DNA from: an uncultured delta proteobacterium
Lineage (GTDB): Bacteria > Myxococcota_A > Polyangia > Polyangiales > Polyangiaceae
DNA length: 64,000 nucleotides
Direction: 5' to 3'
Assembly: GCA_963696385.1 (NCBI GenBank)
Contig: CAVOKF010000002.1
Span: 32,001-96,000 of the forward strand
Numbering within the stretch: the stretch's first letter is position 1; every line of letters begins with the position of its first letter. The translations under genes and the position numbers were made by a program. The notes under the pieces are model-generated. The model searched no databases. It saw nothing but the letters and a program-made list of their open reading frames with translations, and was not told the DNA's origin. Positions 1-10,349 of this stretch are shown here, in pieces.

Positions 1-383
1 TCGATTCCTTCGAGAGAGCCTTGCAAACCGCTCGGCAGCGCAAGCGGGGGCGCTGATGGTCAAACGTCTTCCCCGACTTCGTGCGTTAACATTGTCAGCG
101 CTTGTTCGGATGCGGCGTCGTCATCGCCGCTTCGACCTACTGCGGGGTGTAACGCCGTGCACGTTCGGCCCTTCGGGCACAAACCGTCGGGCAAGAGCAA
201 AGCGAGACGAGCGCCGCACCATTCGGCACCCAGGTTCTTCGATCTGGTTCCAACAGTGAGCGGCCCAGCCCGGTTCGTTCGTCAGCGGCGCCTACGCCCC
301 ACCCACCGTGATCACTCTATCGAACGGCACCAACACGTTCGCAACCCGGCGGTCGATCGTCTCTCCCGCACGTGTCGAAAATT

Positions 384-2266
384 GCCTAGCCCTACTTTCG
401 CAAAATCGCGACGCGGAGCGAGGCATTGCCGTCACGGGAGGCTTACGTTTGCGGCGTTTTCTCTTTCCATCGCTGGCGACACGGGATAGTGGAAAGAAAT
501 GCACTTCACGGAGAAGCTCGTCAATGGCAACCGTTACCGCATCGCTGCGCAAGCGGTCTGGGACGCAGCCGCCGGGCAGTCGTATTCTCGGCAGGCCATC
601 CTTGGACCGGCGGAGATGCCCGTGAGCGTGAAGCTCGCACAGCTGCGGACGGTGGGCCGACGTCCTATCGGCGACGTTGGGGCTCTGGTCTGGGTGGCGG
701 AGCAGTTAGACGTCGTCGGCACGCTCAATCGTGCGTGCGGCTGGAGTGGAGGAGCGAAGAGCGTGAGCCTTGGTGAAATGGTGCTCGCGGTTGCCGTGCA
801 GCGAGCGTGTTCACCCGCCGCGAAGTGCCACCTGAGCGCATTCTTGTCGGATGCGATCCCGCGGGTGTCCTGCCTTTCTGCGAAGTCGTTCACCGGACAG
901 GAATTCCATCGCCTTGCAGCGACGGCGACTGACGCGCAGCTGGAGACGGCGCAGATCGAGTTGGCCCGGGCCGCAGTGTCGAAGTTCGACCTCGGCACGA
1001 ATGTGCTCGCGTTCGACACGACGAATTTTGACACGTACATCGCCACAACAACCGAGGGAGATCTGGCGCGTCGCGGGCACGCAAAAAGCAAACGCGCTGA
1101 CCTCCGCGTAGTGGGTCTTGGTGTACTCGTGACCGAGACTGGACACGTCCCGTTGCTTCACCGGACGTATGCTGGCAATGCATCCGACCATACGGTTCTG
1201 GAAGACTGCCTCGGTGGACTGGCACGGCTCCACGATGCTTTGGACGCGGCCGAGGAACGCAAGCAACCGGGAGAGCGAACGATCGTGCGCGATGGTGGCT
1301 CCTGGGGCGAGCAGACGGAGCTGAATCTCGATGTTGCTGGCTACTACACGCTCGTGTCATTGCCGCTCGGCACGAAGGCCGCTGAGAAGGCGCTCGCAGA
1401 AGCAGCGGGCCGCGGAGCGATGAAGCCTCTGTCAGGCCGACTCCGTCACGTGCGCGCCGCACGTCTTCGCACGTCTGTCGGCGATCTTGACCGAACGCTG
1501 GTTGTGGTCGACAGCCAGGAACTTCTCGCCGGGCAGAAGCGCGGAATCGCAGCGGCCTTGAAGAAGGCGAAAGTCGAGTTGGCGAAACTCGAGCGACGCG
1601 TAACTGCTGGGCGCATCCGACGAGACGCTCTGCAGGCCCGTATCGCCAAAACGCTTCGACGTGAACACCTCACATCCTTCGTGGTCACCCACGTCGGCGG
1701 CACCGAGGACGCCCCAACGTTGCAGTGGAGCGTCGACCCCATCCGACGACGCGAGCTCGAGCGAACACGCCTCGGCAAACGGGTGCTCTGCACCGACAGA
1801 CACAGCTGGTCCAATGAACGGATTGTGACCGCTTGCCGCGGTCAATGGTGCGTCGAGGAGGTCTTCCGCCGATCGAAGAAGGGCGGCGTGGTTCCCTGGG
1901 GACCCTCGCACCAATGGGCCGACACCTCCCTGCGCCTGCACACGTTTGCGACCGTGCTCGGCCTGACGCTCGTTAGCCTTGCCCGGATCGCGATGGGCAC
2001 GACGAAGTCAGCGCGAGCGATGATGAAGACTCTCGCAGAGATTGAGGCAACGCAGGTGAGAGCCACTGGCGGGGGAATGGGCCGTCGCCCGACCTGGCTG
2101 CTCCCGCCCGACATTACCCCGTGGCAAAAGCAGGCGATCGAAGTCTTCGAGCTTGGACGTTGGATGCCTTCACTTCTTTCCACTATGCCGTCACGTCGCA
2201 AACGGGCTGCAATTCACGAGGCGGCGTAACCTGTTTCGCCGCCCGAATGCGAAAGTAGGGCTAGGC
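384..2266 (+). mobile_element. IS1634-family insertion sequence
   Basis: Perfect 19-bp inverted repeat gcctagccctactttcgca (384-402) / tgcgaaagtagggctaggc (2248-2266) flanks one DDE ORF. CTAG at 386-389 and 2261-2264 may be the target duplication. Confidence 0.85.
499..2229 (+). CDS. IS1634-family DDE transposase (576 aa)
   Basis: Motifs FDTTNF, RGHAKSKRADL, YAGNASD, VRDGG and C-terminal QWCVEEVFR..K. Confidence 0.85.
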   Translation: MHFTEKLVNGNRYRIAAQAVWDAAAGQSYSRQAILGPAEMPVSVKLAQLRTVGRRPIGDVGALVWVAEQLDVVGTLNRACGWSGGAKSVSLGEMVLAVAVQRACSPAAKCHLSAFLSDAIPRVSCLSAKSFTGQEFHRLAATATDAQLETAQIELARAAVSKFDLGTNVLAFDTTNFDTYIATTTEGDLARRGHAKSKRADLRVVGLGVLVTETGHVPLLHRTYAGNASDHTVLEDCLGGLARLHDALDAAEERKQPGERTIVRDGGSWGEQTELNLDVAGYYTLVSLPLGTKAAEKALAEAAGRGAMKPLSGRLRHVRAARLRTSVGDLDRTLVVVDSQELLAGQKRGIAAALKKAKVELAKLERRVTAGRIRRDALQARIAKTLRREHLTSFVVTHVGGTEDAPTLQWSVDPIRRRELERTRLGKRVLCTDRHSWSNERIVTACRGQWCVEEVFRRSKKGGVVPWGPSHQWADTSLRLHTFATVLGLTLVSLARIAMGTTKSARAMMKTLAEIEATQVRATGGGMGRRPTWLLPPDITPWQKQAIEVFELGRWMPSLLSTMPSRRKRAAIHEAA

Positions 2267-2275
2267 TCGCTCGGG

Positions 2276-2992
2276 ATGACAGGTGGGCGTGTGGTGCTTC
2301 GCTATTTCCCTGTGCTCGGCCGCGCGCAGGCGCTCCGCCACGCATTGGCCGATGCCGGAATCGCATTCGAAGACGTGCGCGTGCCGCCGGCAGAATGGGC
2401 GCACGTTCGTCAGGACCCCGCGTTCGGGGGTTCGTATCGTGCGCTTCCGACGCTGTCGTGGGGCGATGCGACCGTGTCGGAGACGCTGCCGATCGCGTTT
2501 TTCGTGGCACGGCGCTTGGGGGAGTACGCGCGCCTGAGCGACGAGGCCATCGCGGCTCGCGAGGCCGCCTGCTCCAGTAGCTACATCGACGTGATTCTGC
2601 GTCTTGCCGACGTGATTTATGCGGATGTGTTCTATCCCGGAGCCGATGCAGGCCGCAGCTTCGCGGCGATCGCGTCCCGCATCGTGCAGAAATTGGAGCT
2701 TCTGGACGGGCAAATGCCAGATGGAGCGTGGATCGGCGGTGACACGCCGGCGGTTGCCGATTTCTTCGTAATCGAGGCGTTCGAAAGCGCGCGATACGTT
2801 TTGGGCCCCGCGCGCGACGCGCCGTTGCGCGAGCGCCTGCCGCGGCTCGCGCGGCTTGCCGACGCGCTTCGCGATCGGCCCCTGCTGGTTGGCGCGATGA
2901 AAAGCCGTCCGGCCCGGTTCACGGCGCGCCCGGACGAGGATCGCGTGATCGAGGCCTTGCGCGCGGTCGATCTCGGGTCCGTGGGCCTCTGA
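2276..2992 (+). CDS. Glutathione S-transferase family protein
   Basis: LRYFPVLGRAQALRHAL...LPTL...SETLPI N-terminal domain; C-terminal G..P.VADF. Confidence 0.8.
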   Translation: MTGGRVVLRYFPVLGRAQALRHALADAGIAFEDVRVPPAEWAHVRQDPAFGGSYRALPTLSWGDATVSETLPIAFFVARRLGEYARLSDEAIAAREAACSSSYIDVILRLADVIYADVFYPGADAGRSFAAIASRIVQKLELLDGQMPDGAWIGGDTPAVADFFVIEAFESARYVLGPARDAPLRERLPRLARLADALRDRPLLVGAMKSRPARFTARPDEDRVIEALRAVDLGSVGL

Positions 2993-3004
2993 GGAGGGCG
3001 GGCT

Positions 3005-4348
3005 ATGCCGAAGGAACGTCGCGGGACGGTCGAATACGACGCCAAGAAAGGCTGCTACCGGATCCGGCTTACGCTCAACGACGGCAGCCGTCCGTGGGTG
3101 GACCTGACCCCGACCGCCCGCTCGGCGCTGGCCGAGAAGCGAGCGCGCGAGGTGGCGGTGCAGCGCTCGAAGATCGCGCGACAGGAGAACCTTCGCGCCG
3201 AGGACTTCGGCTTGAAGCCTCGGGCGGAAAAGGTCGACGCACTGGCGGCTCCGGCTACGGACGTCATGGAGCGGTGGCTCGAGGCGTGGACCCAGCACCG
3301 ACAGCGGCGCGGCCTATCGACGGCGAGCGAATCGGAGCGCATGTACCGACGGCACGTGGCGCCCGTCATCGCGACCCATGTGCGGGTGTGGACGGGCGAC
3401 GACTTCCGGCGTCTTTCCCGGACACTCGACGAGAAAGTTCGGACGGGCGAGCTGTCTTGGAAGAGTGCACTCAATGTCTGGGGCGTGGCCACCAAGATGG
3501 CGACCGATGCGGCGAGCTCAAAGCTCGACGAGATTCGGTGCCGATCGGACGATCCCTCGCACAGGGTCGAGGGGCCGGACCGGGGCGTCCGCAAGGTCAA
3601 GCAGTATCTCTATCCGTCGGAGCTCTTGACGCTGGTCGCGTCGGAGCGGGTGCCGATCCGATGGCGGCGACTGTTCGCGCTCGCGGTCTACTCGTACGCG
3701 CGTTCGGGCGAGCTCGAGGCACTCGAGCGGTCCGACGTCGACTTGGAGCACGCCACCGTGCACGTGCACCGGAGCGTCGACCGGGTGCGCAACAAGGGCA
3801 AGGTCAAGTCGACCAAGTCGGCGGTCGCTCGCCGTATCCCGATCGAGCCGGAGCTCGTGCCGCTGATGCGGGTGTTGGTCGCGGAAACGCAGAACCGAAT
3901 CTTCAAGATGCCGTCGGTGGGCGTGCTGTCGTCCAAGTTGAAGCACTACCTCGCGCAGGCGGGGGTGCAACGCTCCGAACTCTTCACGAGCGATGCGACG
4001 CGCAAAGCCATCACGTTCCACGACTTGCGGGCGACCGGGATCACCTGGTGCGCGGTGCGCGGCGACGATCCGTTGAAGATCATGCAGCGGGCCGGACATG
4101 CAAGTTTCGAGACGACCCGGGGCTACATCCGGGAGGCGGAAAACCTCCGCTCGAGCTTCGGTTCGGTCTTCCCTGCCCTACCGAAAAGCCTGCTCGAATC
4201 GTCCGTGGAATCGTCCCGAGGGAGGCCAAAATCACCTAACCAGATGAGTTCATTAGACAAATCGAGTGGAGCTGACGGGAATCGAACTCGACCATGCGCT
4301 TTCCGGGAAAACCGAGCGACTTCGCGAACTTGGCCACTAACAGGATGA
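3005..4348 (+). CDS. Tyrosine recombinase / phage-type integrase
   Basis: Catalytic motifs ARSGEL, K (KSTKS), FHDLRAT and AGHASFETTRGY. Confidence 0.92.
   Translation: MPKERRGTVEYDAKKGCYRIRLTLNDGSRPWVDLTPTARSALAEKRAREVAVQRSKIARQENLRAEDFGLKPRAEKVDALAAPATDVMERWLEAWTQHRQRRGLSTASESERMYRRHVAPVIATHVRVWTGDDFRRLSRTLDEKVRTGELSWKSALNVWGVATKMATDAASSKLDEIRCRSDDPSHRVEGPDRGVRKVKQYLYPSELLTLVASERVPIRWRRLFALAVYSYARSGELEALERSDVDLEHATVHVHRSVDRVRNKGKVKSTKSAVARRIPIEPELVPLMRVLVAETQNRIFKMPSVGVLSSKLKHYLAQAGVQRSELFTSDATRKAITFHDLRATGITWCAVRGDDPLKIMQRAGHASFETTRGYIREAENLRSSFGSVFPALPKSLLESSVESSRGRPKSPNQMSSLDKSSGADGNRTRPCAFRENRATSRTWPLTG
4264..4286 (-). other. att-core candidate (tmRNA/tRNA-Ala 3'-end-like) inside the integrase 3' end
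   Basis: Minus strand reads TTCGATTCCCGTCAGCTCCAC (T-loop, T-stem, acceptor strand). Identical 23-mer at 59991-60013. Confidence 0.7.
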
Positions 4349-4383
4349 AAACACTCCGGAATGCTCGTGCCGTCTCGATCCCT

Positions 4384-4779
4384 TCAGTTCCCTCTCGTTC
4401 CCTCTCTGGCTGCAGAGTCGGAGCAACATGAAGGGGGATCCGTTACGACCTGCCCATCCGCGACCGGCGCCACCACGCCCCGCTGCCGAGCCTTGCGGCC
4501 TCGCCGGCCCGGATGTGCTTGGCGAAACCAGTGCTGCCGGTCGCGGTTGTTCTGCCGACCCTCCACCGTCGTCGCTTCCAACCGCCGCGCCGTGCGACAG
4601 ATCCGCGCGCGCCCTACCCCTTGGCACGCCTCGCTGCAGTAGCGGCGCTCGCCGAACCGATCGCACCTGGCGCACGCGTAGAACCCCTCGCCGCAGGCCC
4701 CACAGCACGCAAAACGAAGCGGCTGCTCGACTCCCTCATGCTCGTGCACGCGTCCATTCCACGGACGCGTGATGCGCAC
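4384..4779 (-). CDS. Cys-rich zinc-binding small protein, probably an IS21-type accessory ORF remnant
   Basis: CGAC..FYACARCDR..RRYCSEAC followed by an Arg-rich tail. No transposase follows. Confidence 0.4.
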   Translation of the reverse strand: MRITRPWNGRVHEHEGVEQPLRFACCGACGEGFYACARCDRFGERRYCSEACQGVGRARICRTARRLEATTVEGRQNNRDRQHWFRQAHPGRRGRKARQRGVVAPVADGQVVTDPPSCCSDSAAREGTRGN

Positions 4780-5285
4780 GGGTTGACCCGGCGCTTGCTC
4801 TCAGGCACCGTCCGCGGCGTCCAGAGCCGCGTCCGCGTCTGGGCCGAAGGCTCGGGGTTGCCGCCCTGGGCCTTCACTCTTTTGTGCGTCCATTTCGTCG
4901 CGCCTTCTACGCCAGCACGCGCGCCGACACGAGCGGGGACCCTTCCCGCCGGCTCTCACGCAAGAGGATGGCCTTTGCGACCCGTCCTGAACGAATGCTC
5001 GGGCGTCCTACGCCCTGACGCGTCCCGGATCAGGCGGTTCTTCGCGTCGCTCTACAGACCCCCTTCGATTCGAGCTCGCTTCGTGTGCCGTTGCGCTTTG
5101 CCGCCGACTTGCGAGCCTGCTAGTGGCCACCGGACGCCACGAGACATCTCGCAGTTTCGCGCTATCCGCACGCGGCGTCGCGAGAATCTTGCGGCGAATG
5201 CGCAGACCGACCGGGCTGACGACCACGCCTCGAGGGTGCGCCAGCGGGCTCGTTTGCAGTACAGGCGCACACAGAGCTCCGAGGC

Positions 5286-5750
5286 TCAGCGCCCGTCGAC
5301 GAATTGACGGAACCGGCCGTCGCGAAAGGCGAGGGCCAGCTCCTTGCCTCGTGCAGCAGCGTTCGTTAGCTCAGTACGCGCGAAACCTTGCCGAAAGAAG
5401 TCGTTGAACCCAGCGACCCGGTGCAGCGCTTCCTGATCGCCTTCCACGAATCCCATGCTCCAGTTGCCGAAGCTGCGCTGAGGCAGGCTTCCTTGCATCA
5501 GCACGAGGATGCGATCGTGACGGGGATCCGCGGAGATATTCCGATAGAGGCCAGTCACCGCCGGCTCGAGGCCTTCCAAAATTTGGAAGAACGATCCTTG
5601 TCGATGCACGAGCATGCCGCTCACGCCGAGCCGTCCGTTGTTGGCTCGCGCATCCGTCAGTAGGACCGTCAGATCCGCGGCGCTAAACGGCTTCTTGGCC
5701 GCGCTGACATAGATGATCTGGTGCAGCTCCGGGGGAGGAACAGGATTCAT
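5286..5750 (-). CDS. BLUF-domain blue-light sensor protein
   Basis: IIYVS, ARANN..GVSGML, FFQILEG, ISADPRH, RSFGNWSM. Confidence 0.92.
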   Translation of the reverse strand: MNPVPPPELHQIIYVSAAKKPFSAADLTVLLTDARANNGRLGVSGMLVHRQGSFFQILEGLEPAVTGLYRNISADPRHDRILVLMQGSLPQRSFGNWSMGFVEGDQEALHRVAGFNDFFRQGFARTELTNAAARGKELALAFRDGRFRQFVDGR

Positions 5751-6011
5751 GGTCGAACCTTCGCCCGTGAGGGACCGATGCCGGCGGCTCGGCGGCCATC
5801 TGCGGGGTTAACGCCCGAGGCGGCAGTCGACTTTAGAGCGGCCAGGAATTCGCTCGAGCAGCCGGGGGGACTTTGCGGGAGACAGGGGGCTACCGCCCTC
5901 GGCCTTGCGAAGAAACCGGACGATGCGGTGGCCACGAGCCCCATGCGAAGTCGATATTTTCGCAAGGCATCGGTCTTGCGTTCGATCGGCGCAACTTTGG
6001 AGGCCGCTCGG

Positions 6012-7330
6012 ATGCAACGGACCGCGACATCTCGGCTCGCAGCCTGCCTGGTGCTGCTCGCGGCCCATATTGGAGCGAGCTGCGGCAGCGCGAGCTTATC
6101 GCATAGCGGCGCCGCCCCGAGCGGCGTGGGCGAAAGCGATGTTGCGAGCAGTAGCCTAGCTATAGCCTGTTGCGAAACGGGCGGCTGAGGCGCTTTCGCA
6201 ACAGGCTATAGCTAGGGACGCAGGACAGCAGCGGCTCCGGCGGCGACGCCAGCGCGAGCGACGGCACCGCGACGTTCGACGGCGGAACCGGGGCCGGCAA
6301 CCCGTATGGTCCTGCAGCACCGGCATTCCCGCGCAGGGCCAAGCGGCCGATGTATCCAATCCGACGACGGTCGTTTGGCACCGGGAGTCCCGCGAGTTGC
6401 ACCTTTGACGAGCTCGGCGCGGCTGTCCTTCAAGGTGGCATCATCACTTTCAATTGCGGCCGCGCTCCGGTCGTCATCGCCGTGACTGCCACTCTGAACG
6501 TCCCGATCGACCGGAACACCGTCATCGACGGCGGAAACCAGGTCACACTCGACGGAGAGAATCGGGTGCGAATCATGAGCTTCAATAGCCCGGGCTGGAT
6601 GACCAACAACTACGGATTAACGCTCCAGCACATCTCGCTCGTCAACGGCAAGACGACGCCCACCCAAGCGATCCCGGTAGCTCCGGCGCCTTGTTCTCAA
6701 GGGTGGGACGACGGACAAGGCGGCGCCGTGTATCTGCGTGACGGCAGCCTCACGGTCATCGACGCTACGTTCGCGAACAATCAGGCCGCGCCTCTCGGGC
6801 CGGACACGGGCGGGGACGCGATTTACGTGAACGGATGCAAAACCGGGGCATGGATCGTGAGCAGCACGTTCACCCACAACACCGCGAGCAACGCCGGAGC
6901 CGTCGGTGGCCTCGATGCGGAGCTCGACGTCTACGACAGCCTATTTACGAGAAACCAAGCCATCGGCAACGGCGCCAACGACCACGACCCATCCACGTGC
7001 TCGGCCATGAACAACGGCCAAAACGAGGTCGGGTCGGGCGGAAACGGCGGCGCCGTGTACAGCGACGGAGACTCGAAGAACATCACCCTTTGCGGAGACG
7101 CCATCCAGGACAACAGCGCAGGGGTCAACGCGTTCGGGGGAGGCCTCTTCTTCACGAGCGACGACATGATGGGCACGCTCGCCATCGTGGACTCGACGAT
7201 GACGGGGAAATACGGGCGGTTCCTGGACGAACGTCTCCTCGGGCCCCGTGACGAACGCGGGAACGGCGATCGGGGTGAACGCGAAGAGCATCACGGTGAC
7301 CCATTCCACGCTCCAAGGGGAGCCGTAGGT
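6012..7330 (+). pseudogene. Secreted pectin-lyase-fold (parallel beta-helix) lipoprotein, interrupted and frameshifted
   Basis: Lipoprotein-like N-terminus at 6012 is broken by the hairpin at 6155-6216. Main ORF has GGAVY/F..N repeats. Frameshifts near 6310, 6375 and 7205. Confidence 0.65.
6155..6216. repeat. 62-bp perfect hairpin (23-bp arms), mini-IS/MITE-like
   Basis: cctagctatagcctgttgcgaaa (6155-6177) / tttcgcaacaggctatagctagg (6194-6216). Confidence 0.9.
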
Positions 7331-7599
7331 CGGGTACCGGCGTCGCGCGCTCGATGGGACCTGAACTGAAGGAAAGGACCGTCGAGCGATCAAGGAAGCG
7401 TGCTTGCCCGACCAGGCCCCCGGCATCGGGCTGGAGGAAACGAGCGGCAATCACGTCGGCGGAGTCGTTCTCTCGGCGGTGTTCGAGGACCTTGGTCCGC
7501 CCAGCAACAGGACCGAATGGCAGGAACTCGACGTCGCGCGCCCTTTCATCGAGCGGCGTCGGAGCGTGGGCTCCGACAACTCCACCGGCAACCGCGATT

Positions 7600-7800
7600 G
7601 AGGGATGCGTCGCCGCGAAAGCCCCCAGTAGTCCGGTCGCGGGACGTGTCGTGACTGCATTTCCCGATCTCAATACGGAGAACGCGGCGAAAGTCGTCTC
7701 CATTGGCCCGATGCTGCAAGGGCTCGCCAAGCCCGTCAACGACCTTTAGCGCGGCGCGCTGGTGGACGACATCGTCTACACGATTGCGTTCACCGTAGCG
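7600..7800 (+). pseudogene. pta: Phosphate acetyltransferase C-terminal fragment
   Basis: [33 protein letters not shown], then SRGALVDDIVYTIA after a frameshift. Confidence 0.75.
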
Positions 7801-7929
7801 TGTGTGTGAATCGACTGATTCGCTCGCTCAATCGCCGGTCAGGTAGGCGAGAGGCGCGGGCGGTGGAGGTCGTCGCTTGGCCGTATCACGTGCGACGAGT
7901 ATGCACTTCAGCAGAGTTTCGAGGGCGCT

Positions 7930-8225
7930 CCCGTACAGGAGCATGTCGGCCGGGAACGAGAAGGTCGGCGTGCTCGCCTTGTCGAGTGCCGCGACGTACT
8001 CGAGAGTGAGCTTCACGTCGAGCGCGCCGACGTTGTCGTCGAGCTGCGCCATCGTGCGCGCGCCGATGCTCGTCGAGGTGACGCCCGGCCGATTCTGGAC
8101 CCAGAAGAGAGCGATGCGAGGCGCGGTCGTGCCTATCTCCCTCGCGATGCTCTCCATGAGGTGGAGGAGGTCGAAGGTGCGATCGTCGAGGTAATTCGTG
8201 ACGCGCGCGCCGCGGCCCGCCTCGC
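7930..8225 (-). pseudogene. Aldo/keto reductase C-terminal fragment
   Basis: IAREIGTT..RIALFWV..PGVTSTSIGARTMAQLDDN. Confidence 0.7.
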
Positions 8226-8239
8226 TGTTGGCCAGTCCG

Positions 8240-8410
8240 AGACCCCATTCAAGTGGGTGTGAACACCACTGCCGTTTGCTGGCGGAGCACGAGCACCGGC
8301 GTCGCTCGTTACGTGGTTTACATACGGACGAAAGCGACCCACCGCCACCAGGTACTTGTCTATCCGGAACCCACTCACCGTCGCGGGATCTGTCAAATTC
8401 GTCGGGCCGC
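8240..8410 (-). pseudogene. Fragment of an FGE-sulfatase/SUMF1-domain gene
   Basis: DPATVSGFRIDKYLV.VGRFR.YVN..PPANGSGVHTHLNG matches the genes at 39007-40665 and 56821-57969. Confidence 0.8.
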
Positions 8411-8412
8411 CG

Positions 8413-8512
8413 CTAGTACCTCGATTCCGCGGAATGGAAGGGTCGTTTTCCGCGATATTCCCGACGGGATCGGGTGGTCTCACCCCTCCGTTTCATGGAA
8501 TCGGGGTACTAG
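8413..8512. mobile_element. 100-bp MITE, copy 1
   Basis: Ends ctagtacctcgattcc / ggaatcggggtactag (16 bp, 1 mismatch). Identical copy at 61729-61828. Confidence 0.85.
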
Positions 8513-8514
8513 TG

Positions 8515-8994
8515 CTAGTCGCCGGCTTCCGCGGCGAGGCGCCCTTCGGCATTCTCGCGCGGGCCGTACGCATCGACCAAGGCGCCTGCCTTGCCCAGTC
8601 CGAAGGGCATCATGTTCACGTACACGCTCTCGTAGTCGCCGGGCCGAACGCGGTACGTCTCGTGCCAGATGCCGACGTCGCCGTTCGTTCCGACGAGGCG
8701 GTTGAAGGTGCGCCATGCCGGAAGGTGCTCCGCGGTGCGGCTCTTCGCATAGCTCATGAGATGGCCTATCGATCTCCAGTACGACACCATCAGCGTCGTT
8801 CTTCCGAAGAACGACTCGGCGCCCAAGAACCCGAGATCCGGATTGCGCGCGAGCTCGGCGACCATTCGAGGCATCGCCAAGGCGACGCGGAGCCATTGGT
8901 GGACCTTCCACCACCGATTGACGCGCATGCCGATGAGAAAGACCACGAATTCACCCTGCATCCGTCCCGCCAGTCGCTTTTGGATCGTCGCCAT
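8515..8994 (-). CDS. DUF4188 / monooxygenase-family protein
   Basis: VVFLIGMRVNRWW...YWRS...HLPAWRTFN...GDVGIWHETY...ESVYVNM.PFGL. Confidence 0.85.
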   Translation of the reverse strand: MATIQKRLAGRMQGEFVVFLIGMRVNRWWKVHQWLRVALAMPRMVAELARNPDLGFLGAESFFGRTTLMVSYWRSIGHLMSYAKSRTAEHLPAWRTFNRLVGTNGDVGIWHETYRVRPGDYESVYVNMMPFGLGKAGALVDAYGPRENAEGRLAAEAGD

Positions 8995-9028
8995 GGGAGC
9001 CGCCCTTTCGCCGTTAACAGCGTTCACT

Positions 9029-9643
9029 TTATTGCTGAAGTGGAGGTTCCGCAGCGAGCCCCGCGACGAGCTGTTCGGTCGCTCGCTCGTACAGGCGGAC
9101 GAACTTTGCCTCGCTTCCGACGCGGACCAGGTGTCCGGTGAGCCAGAGTGACACCAGGCCGTGCACGTGTGCCCAGATGACCGTCGCGACGTCGTGGGCG
9201 TCTGCCTCCCTAAGCACCCCCGCTGCCATGCACTCTCGAACGCGATCCACCAAAAACTGGAACGTCGGCTCCGGTGCTCTCGCCTTCACGATGGGTCGTG
9301 TCTTCTGAAAGTCCAAGGCCTCGCCCATGAAAAGGACGCGATAATCACGAGCATTCTCGATACCGAAGCGCAGGTATTGTTCGGATGCACCGGCAAGCCG
9401 CCGGCGAGGTGTGGGCTCCGACAAGGCGCGCACGAGGTACGAATAAAAGATCTGGAGACCTGCATCGCACACCTGGGCGAGAAGAGCTTCCTTTCCGTCG
9501 TAGTGCCGGTAGATCGCCGCGGCCGATACGCCGGCCCGGCGCGCCACCTCCCGCAGCGAGAAGCGAGCGAATCCCTGTTCCAGGTAGAGATCGCGGGCTT
9601 TGGTGAGCAGGCGCGCCTTCGTTTCGTCACCGCCAAACGACAT
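9029..9643 (-). CDS. TetR/AcrR transcriptional regulator (WHG-type C-terminus)
   Basis: SLREVARRAGVSAAAIYRHY HTH; IWAHVHGLVSL. Confidence 0.9.
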   Translation of the reverse strand: MSFGGDETKARLLTKARDLYLEQGFARFSLREVARRAGVSAAAIYRHYDGKEALLAQVCDAGLQIFYSYLVRALSEPTPRRRLAGASEQYLRFGIENARDYRVLFMGEALDFQKTRPIVKARAPEPTFQFLVDRVRECMAAGVLREADAHDVATVIWAHVHGLVSLWLTGHLVRVGSEAKFVRLYERATEQLVAGLAAEPPLQQ

Positions 9644-9660
9644 GTGAACGGTGTTTACAT
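9642..9660. promoter_or_regulatory. Probable TetR operator
   Basis: Near-palindrome atgtgaac-ggt-gtttacat overlapping the TetR start. Confidence 0.55.
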
Positions 9661-9686
9661 AACCGGCCAGCCGTCGTCAAGCCAGG

Positions 9687-10031
9687 TTGGGAAGGGCCGT
9701 ATTTGCCGTGACCCGGCCCGATATGCGGTGCCTCGAGCTACTCCGCGTTTGCATGCCAGAAGGAGTGCGCTGGACGACGCCAGGGGGCGGGCCGACGCTT
9801 TGGCTGGAGCTTCCCAAGGCGGTGGCCCTGAACCGACTCGGAGCGCGTCTTCATGACCGCGGAGTGAGCATCGAGTCGACGACGACCGCGTTCGAAGGCG
9901 AGCCGCATCTGCATGGCTTTCGCGTGAGTTACGCCTTCCTCCCACCTGAGACTCTCGAGCGGGCCGTCGAGAATCGTCGGAACGGCGAGCGCCGAAGAGC
10001 TCTCTCACGAACTGCCGCGCCGCGGACGTGA
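9687..10031 (+). pseudogene. PLP-dependent aminotransferase (MocR-like) C-terminal fragment
   Basis: MPEGVRWTTPGGG..LWLELP...RGV...FRVSYA. Confidence 0.6.
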
Positions 10032-10349
10032 AAGAGACTGCGGAGCGCCACCGGTTACCTGGGTATTTGGTTCCATGACTCCGTAGACGACCACGTTCTC
10101 CATCCTTCGGCGGAACCGCCCGAAACGGACGAGAGGGTGCCTAGCACCCAGGCATGGGGTACGTCACTCTCCCGACCGAGCCGACGTGCCTCCACGAAGA
10201 ACGGGCGCCTGACGGTCGTTGACCAACCACGCGGGCGAAAGAAGTCGAACCCATCCGGGGGCGCGAACTTCCATTCGGCGTTCGCCTGCGCCAGGACCTT
10301 GCCCCAGGCTCGCATGTTCCGCTTGAGGACCTCGGGCGCGTCATTGGGT

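Noticed and set aside
4264..4340. Complete tRNA or tmRNA gene at either att core
   Set aside because: Only the T-loop and 3' acceptor strand are present; adjoining sequence does not form the T-stem or a cloverleaf.
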